From NCBI GenBank assembly GCA_943329925.2, contig CALQFT020000002.1, positions 33-64,032 of the forward strand: a stretch of DNA of 64,000 nucleotides, read 5' to 3'. Below are positions 9,604-19,349 of the stretch, piece by piece. The stretch's first letter is position 1; each line of letters begins with the position of its first letter. A program made the position numbers and the translations under genes. The notes beneath the pieces are model-generated. The model saw only the letters and a program-made list of their open reading frames with translations, searched no databases and was not told the DNA's origin. Source of the stretch: Opitutus sp. GAS368 (GTDB taxonomy: Bacteria; Verrucomicrobiota; Verrucomicrobiia; Chthoniobacterales; Chthoniobacteraceae).

Positions 9604-10875
9604 ATGGGTTTGTTTCGCCGAATCATGGGTGCGCTCTTCAATGGGCCGCCTTCCAAGCCAGAAGAAATTGTTTTTGAGCCGATTGACGGCCCGATTGACG
9701 CGCCCTCAACTCAGTTGCTCTTTTCAAGTAAGCGCGGGATTCTTCAACGTGTGTCTCTCGCAGAGCTTATGCCGCGGGTGCCGTCTCAATGGAAGCGTTC
9801 GGGGGATTGGACGCCAGAGCGTCTCATCGAGCTGCCCGTAGAGGCCCGCCTTGACGTTGGAGCTGAGCGACCCCTTGCATTTTCCTTGCGGTATTTGGCG
9901 CGACAATACCCGGAACATTTCCGCGACCCGAGTGCGTCTGAGCTTGATGTGGGGTTTGATCTTTCTCTTGAACCCCTTCGGGAGCCGCAGCCGCTTCAAG
10001 CTGATATTCCTCTGGAGTCCTTCGCTGAAGCCGAGCAGGAGCGGGGCACTTTTTCGGACTGGGAGGAGGAGTTGCGTGCTTCAAAAAAGACGACAGCCGA
10101 GGCGCGTGAAACCATGAAGGCTTTGCGGGGAGTCCGGTTGCCGCCGCCGGAGGGGCCAAACCCGGAAGCCTTCGAAGCGGTTATGGAGCAGAAGAATACG
10201 GCAGACTCCCAGCCTCTTTCCTCTCGCGGCTCACAGAAAAAAGCACCTGCTGCCACGGGTTCAAATTCGAGATTGCGGAAGATTCTGGAGGCTTATGCGG
10301 AGTCCGTCCCGGAAGCGGAGCGCGTCACTCCGCCAGAGCCTGCGAGTGCTGCGGTGGAGCTCCCCGCAAAGCGGCAGTTACTTGAAATGCCGGCTCGCAC
10401 CAGGGCTTCGGGAATCGAGTCCGCAACTGATTGGGCGAAAATGGATTTGGGGAGTGAGGTGGAGGCGCGGCCTCTTCGAGCGAAGAACGAGCTCGCTTCG
10501 GAGGTTCACGCTGAAGCGCGCATTGCGTTGCCTCATACACGCTTCGAGGAGTTGGGCTTGTCGCTTTCCAGGTTTCCTGAGGTGCGCGGTTTCGCTTTGT
10601 GGTTGGGGCAGGATGCATTGCAGACCGGAGAGCTCGGGTTTGATGCGCGTGGCAGTCTGATACGGCCCCGGCTGGAGAAGATGTTGGAAAACGGTTTTTT
10701 GGGGCAGCGGGGGCAGGATGGTTTTCTCAGCGTGACGGTGCACCAGGCAACCGGGGGAATTTCAATTTTCGGCGGTGGTCCGTGCCTTGTGGCGGTGGCG
10801 CATCACACGGAGGGAATGCCGGCACACTTGCGGGCGTGGTTATGCGGTTGGGTTTCTCAACCTCTGCGGGGATAG
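9604..10875 (+). CDS. hypothetical acidic protein, possible roadblock/LC7-like C-terminal domain
   Basis: Long ORF with ATG at 9604 (MGLFRRIMGALF). The middle is low-complexity and rich in E, P and A. The C-terminus (FPEVRGFALWLGQD...GGISIFGGGPCLVAVAHHTEG) loosely resembles roadblock/MglB-type domains. I recognise no family with confidence. Confidence 0.5.
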   Translation: MGLFRRIMGALFNGPPSKPEEIVFEPIDGPIDAPSTQLLFSSKRGILQRVSLAELMPRVPSQWKRSGDWTPERLIELPVEARLDVGAERPLAFSLRYLARQYPEHFRDPSASELDVGFDLSLEPLREPQPLQADIPLESFAEAEQERGTFSDWEEELRASKKTTAEARETMKALRGVRLPPPEGPNPEAFEAVMEQKNTADSQPLSSRGSQKKAPAATGSNSRLRKILEAYAESVPEAERVTPPEPASAAVELPAKRQLLEMPARTRASGIESATDWAKMDLGSEVEARPLRAKNELASEVHAEARIALPHTRFEELGLSLSRFPEVRGFALWLGQDALQTGELGFDARGSLIRPRLEKMLENGFLGQRGQDGFLSVTVHQATGGISIFGGGPCLVAVAHHTEGMPAHLRAWLCGWVSQPLRG

Positions 10876-10940
10876 CGGCCGGTGTACATTGAGCTTTTTC
10901 GAACGTGCTTTTTACTCCGTTTTGCAAAACGATTTGAGGC

Positions 10941-11780
10941 ATGGCAGAAAAGGTTTGGCTCATTACCGGTTGTTCCAGCGGCTTTGGTCGGGCATTGGCC
11001 GAGGCGGCTCTTGAACGCGGCGATAGCGTCGTGTTGACGGCTCGCAATGTCGCGATGTTGGCGGATTTTGCGGCGCGCTGGCCTACTACCACGCACCTCG
11101 CAACTTTGGATGTGACTGATTTCGCACAGATTCAACAGGTTGTTGATGAGGCAGTCCGTGTGTTTGGGCGAATAGATGTTCTTGTCAACAATGCGGGCTA
11201 TGGTCTTTTAGGGTCGCTGGAAGAGTGTTCCGCTGCTCAGATTCGCCGCAATTTTGAGGTCAATTTCTTTGGCCCGCTCGAAATGATTCGCTGCGCCCTT
11301 CCTCATTTTCGAGCGGCGAAATCCGGGCACGTGCTCAACATCAGCGCGGCCGCAGCGATTACGAATTACGCGGGTTTTGGAATTTACGGCTCGGCAAAAT
11401 GCGCTCTTGAAGGAATGAGCGAATCTCTGGCTGCTGAAGGTCGTTCTTTCGGTTTGAAAGTTACCATTGTGCAGCCGGGACCGTTCCGTACGGACTTTAT
11501 ATCCCGTTCATTGGATCGGGCTCAGGTGACTTTGCCCGAGTACGAGGGAAGTGTCGGCAAGTTTACAAAGTTCATTGATGGCATTGATGGGAAGCAGCCG
11601 GGCGACCCTGTTTTAGCCGCTCAGGTTATATTGCAAGCCGTCGAGGCAGAGCGCCCGCCGCTGCGACTGGTGATTGGAAAGTATGCGCTCGATAAAGCGC
11701 GCCGTACAATTACTGGGCGCGATACCGAGCTAAAAGCGTGGGAGGTTGCGAGTCTTGCTGCCGACGGCCCGGCAAGGTAG
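10941..11780 (+). CDS. SDR family oxidoreductase
   Basis: The N-terminal Rossmann motif VWLITGCSSGFGRALA, NNAG, and the catalytic YGSAK region (GIYGSAKCALEG). Confidence 0.85.
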   Translation: MAEKVWLITGCSSGFGRALAEAALERGDSVVLTARNVAMLADFAARWPTTTHLATLDVTDFAQIQQVVDEAVRVFGRIDVLVNNAGYGLLGSLEECSAAQIRRNFEVNFFGPLEMIRCALPHFRAAKSGHVLNISAAAAITNYAGFGIYGSAKCALEGMSESLAAEGRSFGLKVTIVQPGPFRTDFISRSLDRAQVTLPEYEGSVGKFTKFIDGIDGKQPGDPVLAAQVILQAVEAERPPLRLVIGKYALDKARRTITGRDTELKAWEVASLAADGPAR

Positions 11781-11912
11781 CTGGCTTTTTGCGACAGCGC
11801 AGTGCCCCAGCGTCCTGATTGGTAACAGCGGTTCCAAACCGCACAAGAACGTGCCACGCAGATAATAAGCAAGCATTCACATGGAGAAATGCGAACGGGT
11901 GCGCTCGTCCAT

Positions 11913-12836
11913 TTATTGGAGTAACTCGCTAACGCGGCGGCCGGCCTCAATCACGAGGGGGGCATGTCTTTGTTCGGCCTCCGCATCCAAACGGGGTGCG
12001 GGCGCGGTAATCCATACGGAGGCACACACGCGGCCTTCAGCGTCAAAAACCGGGGCTCCAAGACAGCGGAGACCTTCCATGGTTTCGCCCAAGTCCATGG
12101 CATAGCCTTTAGCGCGGACCTCCCGCAGGTGGGTTGCAAAAGCCTTCTTGGACGTGATGGTCGCGGCTGTGAGCCGGGTCAGCTCCGCCTGCGAAAGAAG
12201 GAGTTCTAGTTCCGCTTCCGGAAGCCAGGCCAGCATCACTTTTCCAGGGGCACCCGCGTGCAACGGTCCCCGCGCCCCAGCCTCCACGTAATACTTGAAC
12301 AGACTCAGGCCGATAACCCGCTCCAAGACTATGCAATCGAATCCGGATCTTATCCCGATATGCGCGGATTCGCCCGTGGAATCCCTCAGCAGTCGTAGCG
12401 TTTCCCAAGAAAGTTGGGCAAGACTGCGGTCTTCCCGCTTTGGTTGGACAAGGGTCAGCAGTTTTTGCGTTAGCAGGAAACGGGTTCCGGAGAGATCTCG
12501 CTCAACGTAGCCGTGCACGGAGAGCGCCTTTGTGAGCCGGAAAGCCAGGTTTGCTGAAAATCCGAGAGCCTCTCGGATCTCTCCAGTTGTCACTCCTCCG
12601 GAATGGGCGCTGATGAATTCCAGCAGAGCGAGGGATCGGTCCAAGGCAGGAGTTTGAACGCCGGAATCACGGACCTCGAAAACACGCACGGCTGCTTTCC
12701 TTTTGGTTTTGATCTGCAGTTTCATTTCGGATTTCAGCGGCAAGGCGGAGTCCTTTCCATTATCGGTTCTGTGCGCACCAGCCGCTTTGGATTTCGGGGT
12801 TCCTTTACTGGATGAAGGGCCTGACTTGAAGTTCAC
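11913..12836 (-). CDS. IclR family transcriptional regulator with Lys-rich N-terminal extension
   Basis: LDRSLALLEFISAHSGGVTTGEIREALGFSANLAFRLTKAL is the wHTH. An IclR-type effector domain follows (GESAHIGIR...GAPVFDAEGRV). Confidence 0.8.
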   Translation of the reverse strand: MNFKSGPSSSKGTPKSKAAGAHRTDNGKDSALPLKSEMKLQIKTKRKAAVRVFEVRDSGVQTPALDRSLALLEFISAHSGGVTTGEIREALGFSANLAFRLTKALSVHGYVERDLSGTRFLLTQKLLTLVQPKREDRSLAQLSWETLRLLRDSTGESAHIGIRSGFDCIVLERVIGLSLFKYYVEAGARGPLHAGAPGKVMLAWLPEAELELLLSQAELTRLTAATITSKKAFATHLREVRAKGYAMDLGETMEGLRCLGAPVFDAEGRVCASVWITAPAPRLDAEAEQRHAPLVIEAGRRVSELLQ

Positions 12837-12854
12837 GCAAAAACGTTTCTGGAG

Positions 12855-14168
12855 TTAAATAATTTCCAGGCCGGAGAGCGGCCCTGTGCTAGACCCAAAG
12901 GAATCCACCTCCGCCCCAAAACACTGGAGCATCGAAACGAATAGATTGCTCAGGGGCGCATTGGCCTCCCGGTTGAACGCGAGGTGCTGGCCGTGTTTGA
13001 ACCCGCCCCCGGCAAGCAGGATGGGCAGGTTCGAATTGGCGTGAGTATTGGCGTCTCCCATGTTGCTGCCATATAGAACCATCGTACGATCCAACAACCG
13101 CCCGCCTTCCTCTCCTTTTGCCGAGAGACCTGCGAGCAGATTCTTGAGCAGCCGCATTTGCTGGCAATCAGCATCCTCAAGCTGTTTCACCTTCTGCTCG
13201 GCCTGTCCGTGATGGCTCAGGTTGTGATATCCGTCCGTCGTGTTCTGGTTCTCGTGCAATTGAAACACGGGGGTGGCAAAGGCGTCCACCATCAGGGTGA
13301 CAATCCGGGTTGAGTCAGATTCAAACGCCAGTTCAGCCATGGAGAGTAGTAGCTGGAACTTTTCAAAAAAGAGCTTCTTGTCCTTTAACTCGGGAGGTTC
13401 AGCCTGTGCGTGCGCCGGCTTGGGTTTGGTTTCCCATTCCCTTGCTGTGGCGAGGCGCTGCTCCACCTCGCGCACCGAAGTGAAATATTGTTCCAACCGG
13501 TGGCGGTCGTCTTGTCCGAGCGAACGACTGAAGCGCTCTGTCTGTTCGAGCAGCGTATCAAGAATGCTCCCGCGTTCTTCAAGGCGGTGCAGTTGCTGGT
13601 CAACCTCCTTTTGGTTTCCTTGCAAAAACATCTTCCGGAAAACCACCAAGGCGCTGTCCTCAGCAGGTAACAGGACTCCATCCCGAGTCCAAGAGAGGCT
13701 GCGATTCGCCCTGTCGATGTTCACGCCAAGGTTGAGGGATGCAAACCGCGTCACCTGCCCGATTTTTTCTGCGGCAAATTGGTCCAGCGAAATCTGATTT
13801 CTAAAGCCGCTTTTGGTGGGGCCGCGGGCTGCGGTCAGAAAACAGTTCTCCGTGCTGTGTCCACCCACGACTCCCGGATGCGACAAGCCGCTGAACACTG
13901 TGAAATTTTGACGGTACTCCGAAAGCTCCTGCAAATAGGGAGAGAGCTCGTAATCCCGGCCATTTTCACTCGGAAAGAAAAGCTTTGGCAGGACGCCGAG
14001 ATTGTTGGATATCAGCAGCATTCGGCGCGGAGCCGCTGTTTGCGAGGCGCTGCTGAAAACTGGCGTCATGCACTCCAGAAACGGGAGTGCTAGCGTCACG
14101 CCCACGCCTTTCAAAAAGGATCGGCGCGCCACCGATGCAGACGGAGAGGAGACATGGGGAGCTTTCAT
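12855..14168 (-). CDS. DUF1552 domain protein (Tat signal)
   Basis: The twin-arginine leader RRSFLKGVGVTLALPFLE and the overall pattern match DUF1552 proteins, which pair with DUF1592-type proteins in Planctomycetes/Verrucomicrobia. Confidence 0.8.
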   Translation of the reverse strand: MKAPHVSSPSASVARRSFLKGVGVTLALPFLECMTPVFSSASQTAAPRRMLLISNNLGVLPKLFFPSENGRDYELSPYLQELSEYRQNFTVFSGLSHPGVVGGHSTENCFLTAARGPTKSGFRNQISLDQFAAEKIGQVTRFASLNLGVNIDRANRSLSWTRDGVLLPAEDSALVVFRKMFLQGNQKEVDQQLHRLEERGSILDTLLEQTERFSRSLGQDDRHRLEQYFTSVREVEQRLATAREWETKPKPAHAQAEPPELKDKKLFFEKFQLLLSMAELAFESDSTRIVTLMVDAFATPVFQLHENQNTTDGYHNLSHHGQAEQKVKQLEDADCQQMRLLKNLLAGLSAKGEEGGRLLDRTMVLYGSNMGDANTHANSNLPILLAGGGFKHGQHLAFNREANAPLSNLFVSMLQCFGAEVDSFGSSTGPLSGLEII

Positions 14169-14180
14169 AAGGTCACGGCT

Positions 14181-16730
14181 TTACAGGCACCCCGAGGTTC
14201 CGAGGAAAACAGGGCTTTGAATCAGTCCGAGCAGCAGGTCGCGCACGCGGAAGCCATCCCTCGCGCACGAGTCCAAAATGGCTTCGATTGCGGGCCTGTC
14301 CGAAAAACGCACCGGCGTTCCCGTGGCGTATACGGTGAATTGATGAAGTAGGTTGCGTGCCAACTGGCGGGGATTTGCGGCGAGAATTATTTTCAAGTCG
14401 CGGATATTATTAAAGCGCCCACCCTCTAACATTTTTCCGCTGGCATCCACCGGGAGCGAAAGTGTGTAGGCGAAATCGTGCCCAGCTCTATCGATGCCTT
14501 TGATGGTGTCGCCTTTTTCCATCCCGCGGTAACGGGCGCGCCAACCTCCAAGAATATCGAAGTTTTCAAGAGCCAGCCCCACGGGGTCGAACTTCGCATG
14601 ACACGCAGCGCACGTCTTGTTTTGCGTGTGGGCGGCGAGTAATTCGCGAATGGTTGTGGCTCCCCGAATGTCGGGTTCTACGGCGGGAACGCTTGCAGGC
14701 GGCGGCGGCGGGGGTTGCCCGAGGAGCCGCTCCATCACCCAGGCTCCCCGCACGACGGGCGAAGTGGTGGTGCCGTTTGCTGTGACTTTCAAGATCGCGG
14801 CCTGTGTCAGTAGACCGCCGTAGACACTGTTTTCTGGCAATGACACCTTTCGCACTGAGGAGCCGGAGAGGACAGGCAACTGGTAATGCTTGGCAAGACG
14901 ATCATTGGCGAAGGTGAAATCCGCTTGCACGATAACTTTAGCCGGTAAGTTTTCACGGATCATTGCTGAAACAAAGGCGCGAGTTTCCAGCTCCATGCTT
15001 TCCACAAGGTAGTCGTCAAACCGGTATTCCGGATATAGACGGATGTCGGGATCATCCCGCCGCACATGCCGCAAGCTCAGCCAATACGCAGTGAAGTTGT
15101 CTATGAACCGCTCGAAGCGCTCGCCCGCGATGAGGCGGTCCGCCTCCGAGCGCAAGGTTGATCGGTGTCGCAATGCTCCGGCTCGCGCTAGGGCGCTGAG
15201 TTTTTCATCCGGGCGCATGTTGTTAAGGAAGTATGACAGCCGCGACGCCACTGCAAAGTGATCCTCTGCATGAACTGGTTCGCGCAGGTAGAGAAAATGT
15301 CCAGAGCACAAGAGGGCCTTGTATCCGGCTAAAAGCGCCTCGGAGAAGGCGTCTCCTTTGTCGAGGCGTCGAAGCACCAGTGCCTCAAACAGGGCCAACT
15401 CTTCTTCCGGAATCCTCTCGCGAACCGCGAGGTTTGCGAAGCGTCGCAGCAGTCGCCTCGCCTCGTCTTTGGGTTGAGGCGGCGTTGCTCCGACAGGCAA
15501 CTCGTCGAAGAGAACCTTGTGGGACTGCGGTGGCCATAAGGCTGGGTTGATAGGCCCCTCTACCTCCAGCCATTGCACTGCGATTCCCGGCTGGCCGTCA
15601 GCTGGGAGGGGAGGATAGCGGTAGGTGGGGCCCCCTCCATTGATGTTCAATGCGAGCGGAACTGGTAGGCCCAGAGGGCTGTATTCAAAGGTCTCCTTTT
15701 CCTTAAGGAGTACGGTTGTCTCGTACACTCCCACTTCAGGTTGAATATCCAAAATTCCGCCGGTCGCTCGAACATCGCCTGAAACATCCGGCCCTGAGGG
15801 TTTCCGGGCGCGGAACGTCATCGCTTGGGGCATCTCGGCGGGGAGGAGTTTAAACCCGGCGAGCTGTTTCACCGCACGGGCGGAAAAGCGCACCCGGTAT
15901 TCCCCGGAGACTTTAGCCACAAATCCCTTTGGATATCCGTAATAAGGCCAGTGGGCGGAGCGGAACAAGGCCATCTCCAGCCCGCCATCCTGATCCAATT
16001 TCGCGGCCTCTTCCTTCGGCAGTTTCGGATCGATAACGGCCGCACGGGCGTCTCTGGCGAAAAACATCGCCTCCTTGTTTCCGAAAGTACTCAAAGAAGA
16101 AAATAGCCGGGTTCCCACCGCCCTGTAGACATCTCCTTTCGGGGGAGTGGGCTGAGTCACCATGGCTTCGCGCAAGGCCGTCTCTGCCGCATCCAGATAA
16201 GCCGTCAACTGCACCCGTGACATGTCCAGTGTCTCTGTCGCCTTGTTAAAGTGATTCCCTTCGCGGTCTTCCGGCAGGATGTCCTTAATGTCCAACAACG
16301 GCATCTGCAAGAGGTCGCGCAGGTTGTTTTGGTATTCCTCTCTGTTGAGCCTGCGCAGGGGGCCGCGGCCTTGGGCTGCAACTTCTTCGCTATCGACTTT
16401 AAAAAGGGAACCGCCCAAGAGGCGCACCATCCCGGCTCTGTCTTGATCGGGTAAATCGCCCTTTTTGGGAGGCATCTCGCCTTTTTCCATGCGGTCATGA
16501 ATCCTGATCCAGCGCTCGCGAAGGGACCTGTCGTGTAGGTCCTGCGGTAGTTTGGTTAGGTCGAGACCGCCCTTTGCTGTATCTTTGTCGTGGCATTCCA
16601 CGCAGTGGCTTTCCAACAATGGGAATAGCTCTTTAAAGGACGTGGCACCCGAAGCGGGGGCAGCACTCGCTGGTTTCAGTCCCACTAGGGAAACGAGGCT
16701 AAAGCAGAGAAGCTGGACGTAAACTTTCAC
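14181..16730 (-). CDS. DUF1592/DUF1588/DUF1585-type putative heme-binding protein
   Basis: 849 aa with a signal peptide and two CxxCH motifs (CVECHDKD near the N-terminus, CAACHAKFDPVG near the C-terminus). Its architecture and its pairing with DUF1552 are typical of the PVC family. Confidence 0.8.
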   Translation of the reverse strand: MKVYVQLLCFSLVSLVGLKPASAAPASGATSFKELFPLLESHCVECHDKDTAKGGLDLTKLPQDLHDRSLRERWIRIHDRMEKGEMPPKKGDLPDQDRAGMVRLLGGSLFKVDSEEVAAQGRGPLRRLNREEYQNNLRDLLQMPLLDIKDILPEDREGNHFNKATETLDMSRVQLTAYLDAAETALREAMVTQPTPPKGDVYRAVGTRLFSSLSTFGNKEAMFFARDARAAVIDPKLPKEEAAKLDQDGGLEMALFRSAHWPYYGYPKGFVAKVSGEYRVRFSARAVKQLAGFKLLPAEMPQAMTFRARKPSGPDVSGDVRATGGILDIQPEVGVYETTVLLKEKETFEYSPLGLPVPLALNINGGGPTYRYPPLPADGQPGIAVQWLEVEGPINPALWPPQSHKVLFDELPVGATPPQPKDEARRLLRRFANLAVRERIPEEELALFEALVLRRLDKGDAFSEALLAGYKALLCSGHFLYLREPVHAEDHFAVASRLSYFLNNMRPDEKLSALARAGALRHRSTLRSEADRLIAGERFERFIDNFTAYWLSLRHVRRDDPDIRLYPEYRFDDYLVESMELETRAFVSAMIRENLPAKVIVQADFTFANDRLAKHYQLPVLSGSSVRKVSLPENSVYGGLLTQAAILKVTANGTTTSPVVRGAWVMERLLGQPPPPPPASVPAVEPDIRGATTIRELLAAHTQNKTCAACHAKFDPVGLALENFDILGGWRARYRGMEKGDTIKGIDRAGHDFAYTLSLPVDASGKMLEGGRFNNIRDLKIILAANPRQLARNLLHQFTVYATGTPVRFSDRPAIEAILDSCARDGFRVRDLLLGLIQSPVFLGTSGCL

Positions 16731-16776
16731 GGCGTAGAAATCCGGAGAGATCTTAGAGGATGCGTATAAATGCCTT

Positions 16777-17859
16777 TCAACGAGTCGGTTTCAGCACGTC
16801 CTCCAGCCGCTCTGAATCGTAGGCGTGCACGTTGGTGATCCGCATTTCTTCCAAACCAGACTTGGCGTCAACGACCCCCTCGATCTGGTCCACCAGTTGG
16901 GCTCTATTGAGCCGCCAGACTACGCGCCCTTCGGAGTCAATCTCTGCAAGCAGATCCGAACCTTCCTCGATTGCTTTCAAATGATAATCTCCGCACGCCA
17001 CTAGCAAACGTCCGTTTTCTAGCTGCTGTGTACCCAGTAAATAACGGCACTTCAGTCCCAACTCCTGGGCGCTCCAAGACCGCTCCACCGCTCCTTTGCC
17101 ATTCAACTTTAGCAACTGCTTGCCCGTGGAAGTTGCCACCCAGAGCACCCCTCCCTGCAGCGGGGTCACTCCGAATGCTGTATGGCCCGCGGGGGTCGGC
17201 TTGAGCATGGGATCTAATAAAAGGCTCTGGAGAATCTCTCCTGTGCCTTCTGCCACTTTCAAAAGCGTCCTCCGTCCGTATTGGGCTACCCAAAAAGCCT
17301 TCTCTCCCGGAACCAACCGCACCGTTCGGTAACGCGAATGCAAAGAGTCCTCGGTAAGCTCTGGAAGCTGCGTCTCGCTCAAAACATGACCGGCCCGATC
17401 CACGACTCGTATCTGTGCCACCCCGGAGTCCATGAGCGCAAAGCGCGCTCCACCGTCCATCACGGCGCAGCTGTTAGCCTCTGTTCCTTTCGTTCCATTA
17501 CGCGCCGGATGGGAGAGGACCAAGTTCTTTTGACGGTCGAACACGGCCAGGCCGCCTTTGTGTGCGTAGGCGATCCCGCCATCGGGAAGCCGCCAAGCCT
17601 CGTAGATTCCCGAGTGTCCCTGCTTGGCAAGCGAGTCAGTCACTTTGCCTAAGCGATTGATCTCAACGACCTGATTATCTGCAGCCAAAAGCATTCGTTC
17701 CTCGGCATGCCCCAAACGCGGAAGAGTCAGAATCCAGAGCGCTGCTGCGACTCCGGCGATCCAGCCGCGGGCGCACCTGTTGTGTGAGACGGGCAGGCGG
17801 TTCTGGTTTGGGGAGAAGCGACCCCGCGCGGTGGCGTCAGAAGGGAGGAGCAGTGGCAT
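16777..17859 (-). CDS. hypothetical secreted/membrane-anchored beta-propeller-like protein
   Basis: N-terminal hydrophobic anchor (WIAGVAAALWILTLP). Repetitive segments rich in G, W and V suggest a PQQ/BamB-like propeller. The assignment is weak. Confidence 0.5.
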   Translation of the reverse strand: MPLLLPSDATARGRFSPNQNRLPVSHNRCARGWIAGVAAALWILTLPRLGHAEERMLLAADNQVVEINRLGKVTDSLAKQGHSGIYEAWRLPDGGIAYAHKGGLAVFDRQKNLVLSHPARNGTKGTEANSCAVMDGGARFALMDSGVAQIRVVDRAGHVLSETQLPELTEDSLHSRYRTVRLVPGEKAFWVAQYGRRTLLKVAEGTGEILQSLLLDPMLKPTPAGHTAFGVTPLQGGVLWVATSTGKQLLKLNGKGAVERSWSAQELGLKCRYLLGTQQLENGRLLVACGDYHLKAIEEGSDLLAEIDSEGRVVWRLNRAQLVDQIEGVVDAKSGLEEMRITNVHAYDSERLEDVLKPTR

Positions 17860-18030
17860 ATATGATTCTATATCCGCAGTGGCGGTTCATTCATAGAGTC
17901 TTTTTTAACAGAAACATTTGAGTTCAGCGGCTTGATAGATCGGCTCATACAGCGCGATTTATTTATCCTTATACACTTGGGCTGTTTTAAGAATTTAAAA
18001 ACAGGCGAGTGAGAAATGGAGTAATACCAT

Positions 18031-18182
18031 CTCTTTTAGGTTTATGGATGATTAAAAGACCTCAGCGCTTGGGACCGCGGAGCCCGAGCTCCGCAAGGAC
18101 TGTCTGAGTTTTTGGAGCGTCAAAGCGGAGCAGGGGCTCCGCGGTCCCGGGAGAGAAGGACCAGTTTTTCTTCAAGATTTGC
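18031..18182. repeat. palindromic MITE/REP-like element, copy A
   Basis: About 91 percent identical, by my manual alignment, to the reverse complement of 25495-25648. It contains a 24-bp inverted repeat (GGGACCGCGGAGCCCGAGCTCCGC ... GCGGAGCAGGGGCTCCGCGGTCCC) around a spacer of about 30 nt. Confidence 0.8.
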
Positions 18183-18671
18183 ACGACGTACAAAATCCAA
18201 AGAAGACAGCGAAGGACGAACGGGCGTCGCCCGTAAAACGCCCGCAGAGGCGCATGGTCCGAGACTTGGTGGAATCTATTGGCCGCAAACTTCGCACGAA
18301 CGACGACGAGCACGTCGTTTACGTTAGTCATTAGACTGCGGCAACGAGGCGGTGCCATCGCGCGGTGCCAGCCGTGTGTCGCAAGTCATGATCCGCGGCA
18401 CCTCGTCGCCAGCTATATCGAGCTCTGGAGGGAGGCCTCAAATGACGAAAGGCTCGCAGTGGCCAATGGACTTCTCCTGACGCCAAGCATTAAGCCGCAA
18501 ACGGCATCGTACTCGGGTTTGGATACATTGCCGTGAGGTTCTCCTGTATCCAATCTGAGGCATTGGAGGCTGGGTGCAATCATTGCCAGAAGACGCTTGG
18601 TTGTCGTCGTATTGGAGACGAGCTCGTCGCAGGCGGTTGGGTGGATGGGCGATTGGAGCCCGCTGATACTA

Positions 18672-18715
18672 GAAAAGGCAAACGCCCCGGAAGCATCGAA
18701 GCCTCCGGGGCGTTT
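18672..18715 (-). terminator. Rho-independent terminator downstream of rplT
   Basis: Stem AAACGCCCCGGA / TCCGGGGCGTTT at 18680-18715. On the minus strand it is followed by GCCTTTTCT. Confidence 0.6.
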
Positions 18716-18741
18716 GTGGGTTGGGAGGGAAAGCAAAAAGC

Positions 18742-19125
18742 TTAAGCAGCTTTTGGTACACCCGGCTTTGCAGCGAGAGCGACCTTGGCTTTTTCGATAA
18801 GCACCTTGAAAGCACCTTCGTCCTTGATTGCGATATCTGAGAGGACTTTGCGATCCAAGTCAATCCCGCAAGCTTTGATCCCTTCAATGAAGCGGCTGTA
18901 AGTCAAGCCGTGGACCCGAGCGGCTGCGTTGATGCGCTGTTGCCAGAGCATCCGGAAATTACGTTTGCGGGTTTTGCGGTCGCGATAGGCCCAATACTGC
19001 GCCTTCATCACGGCGTTTTTGGCGTAGCGAAACAGTTTGGAACGACGACCGCGAAAGCCCTTGGCTTTATCCAGCGTCTTTTTTCTGCGAGACCGGCTGG
19101 CCGGTCCGTTGGTTGCTCTTGGCAT
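18742..19125 (-). CDS. rplT: 50S ribosomal protein L20
   Basis: MPRATNGPASRSRRKKTLDKAKGFRGRRSKLFR...WQQRINAAAR... Confidence 0.95.
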   Translation of the reverse strand: MPRATNGPASRSRRKKTLDKAKGFRGRRSKLFRYAKNAVMKAQYWAYRDRKTRKRNFRMLWQQRINAAARVHGLTYSRFIEGIKACGIDLDRKVLSDIAIKDEGAFKVLIEKAKVALAAKPGVPKAA

Positions 19126-19349
19126 CTGATGGGTTGGTTTCTTTTGCTTTCAGCGGATTGTTTTCTCCAGGAAATGTCCGGCGTCTCACCCGCTGAGGAG
19201 TCCGGTTTACCCTGTAAAACAGGTGCGGCCGGACAGACGCTTGGGACTGGGCCACTGGCAGCACCAAGAGGTGAGCCAGGGTTCGCGCGACTCAAAGTGC
19301 ACAAGGCACTTCAAGCATGTGTCTCCGCGCAAGGAGGTTGCCGTTTCGC

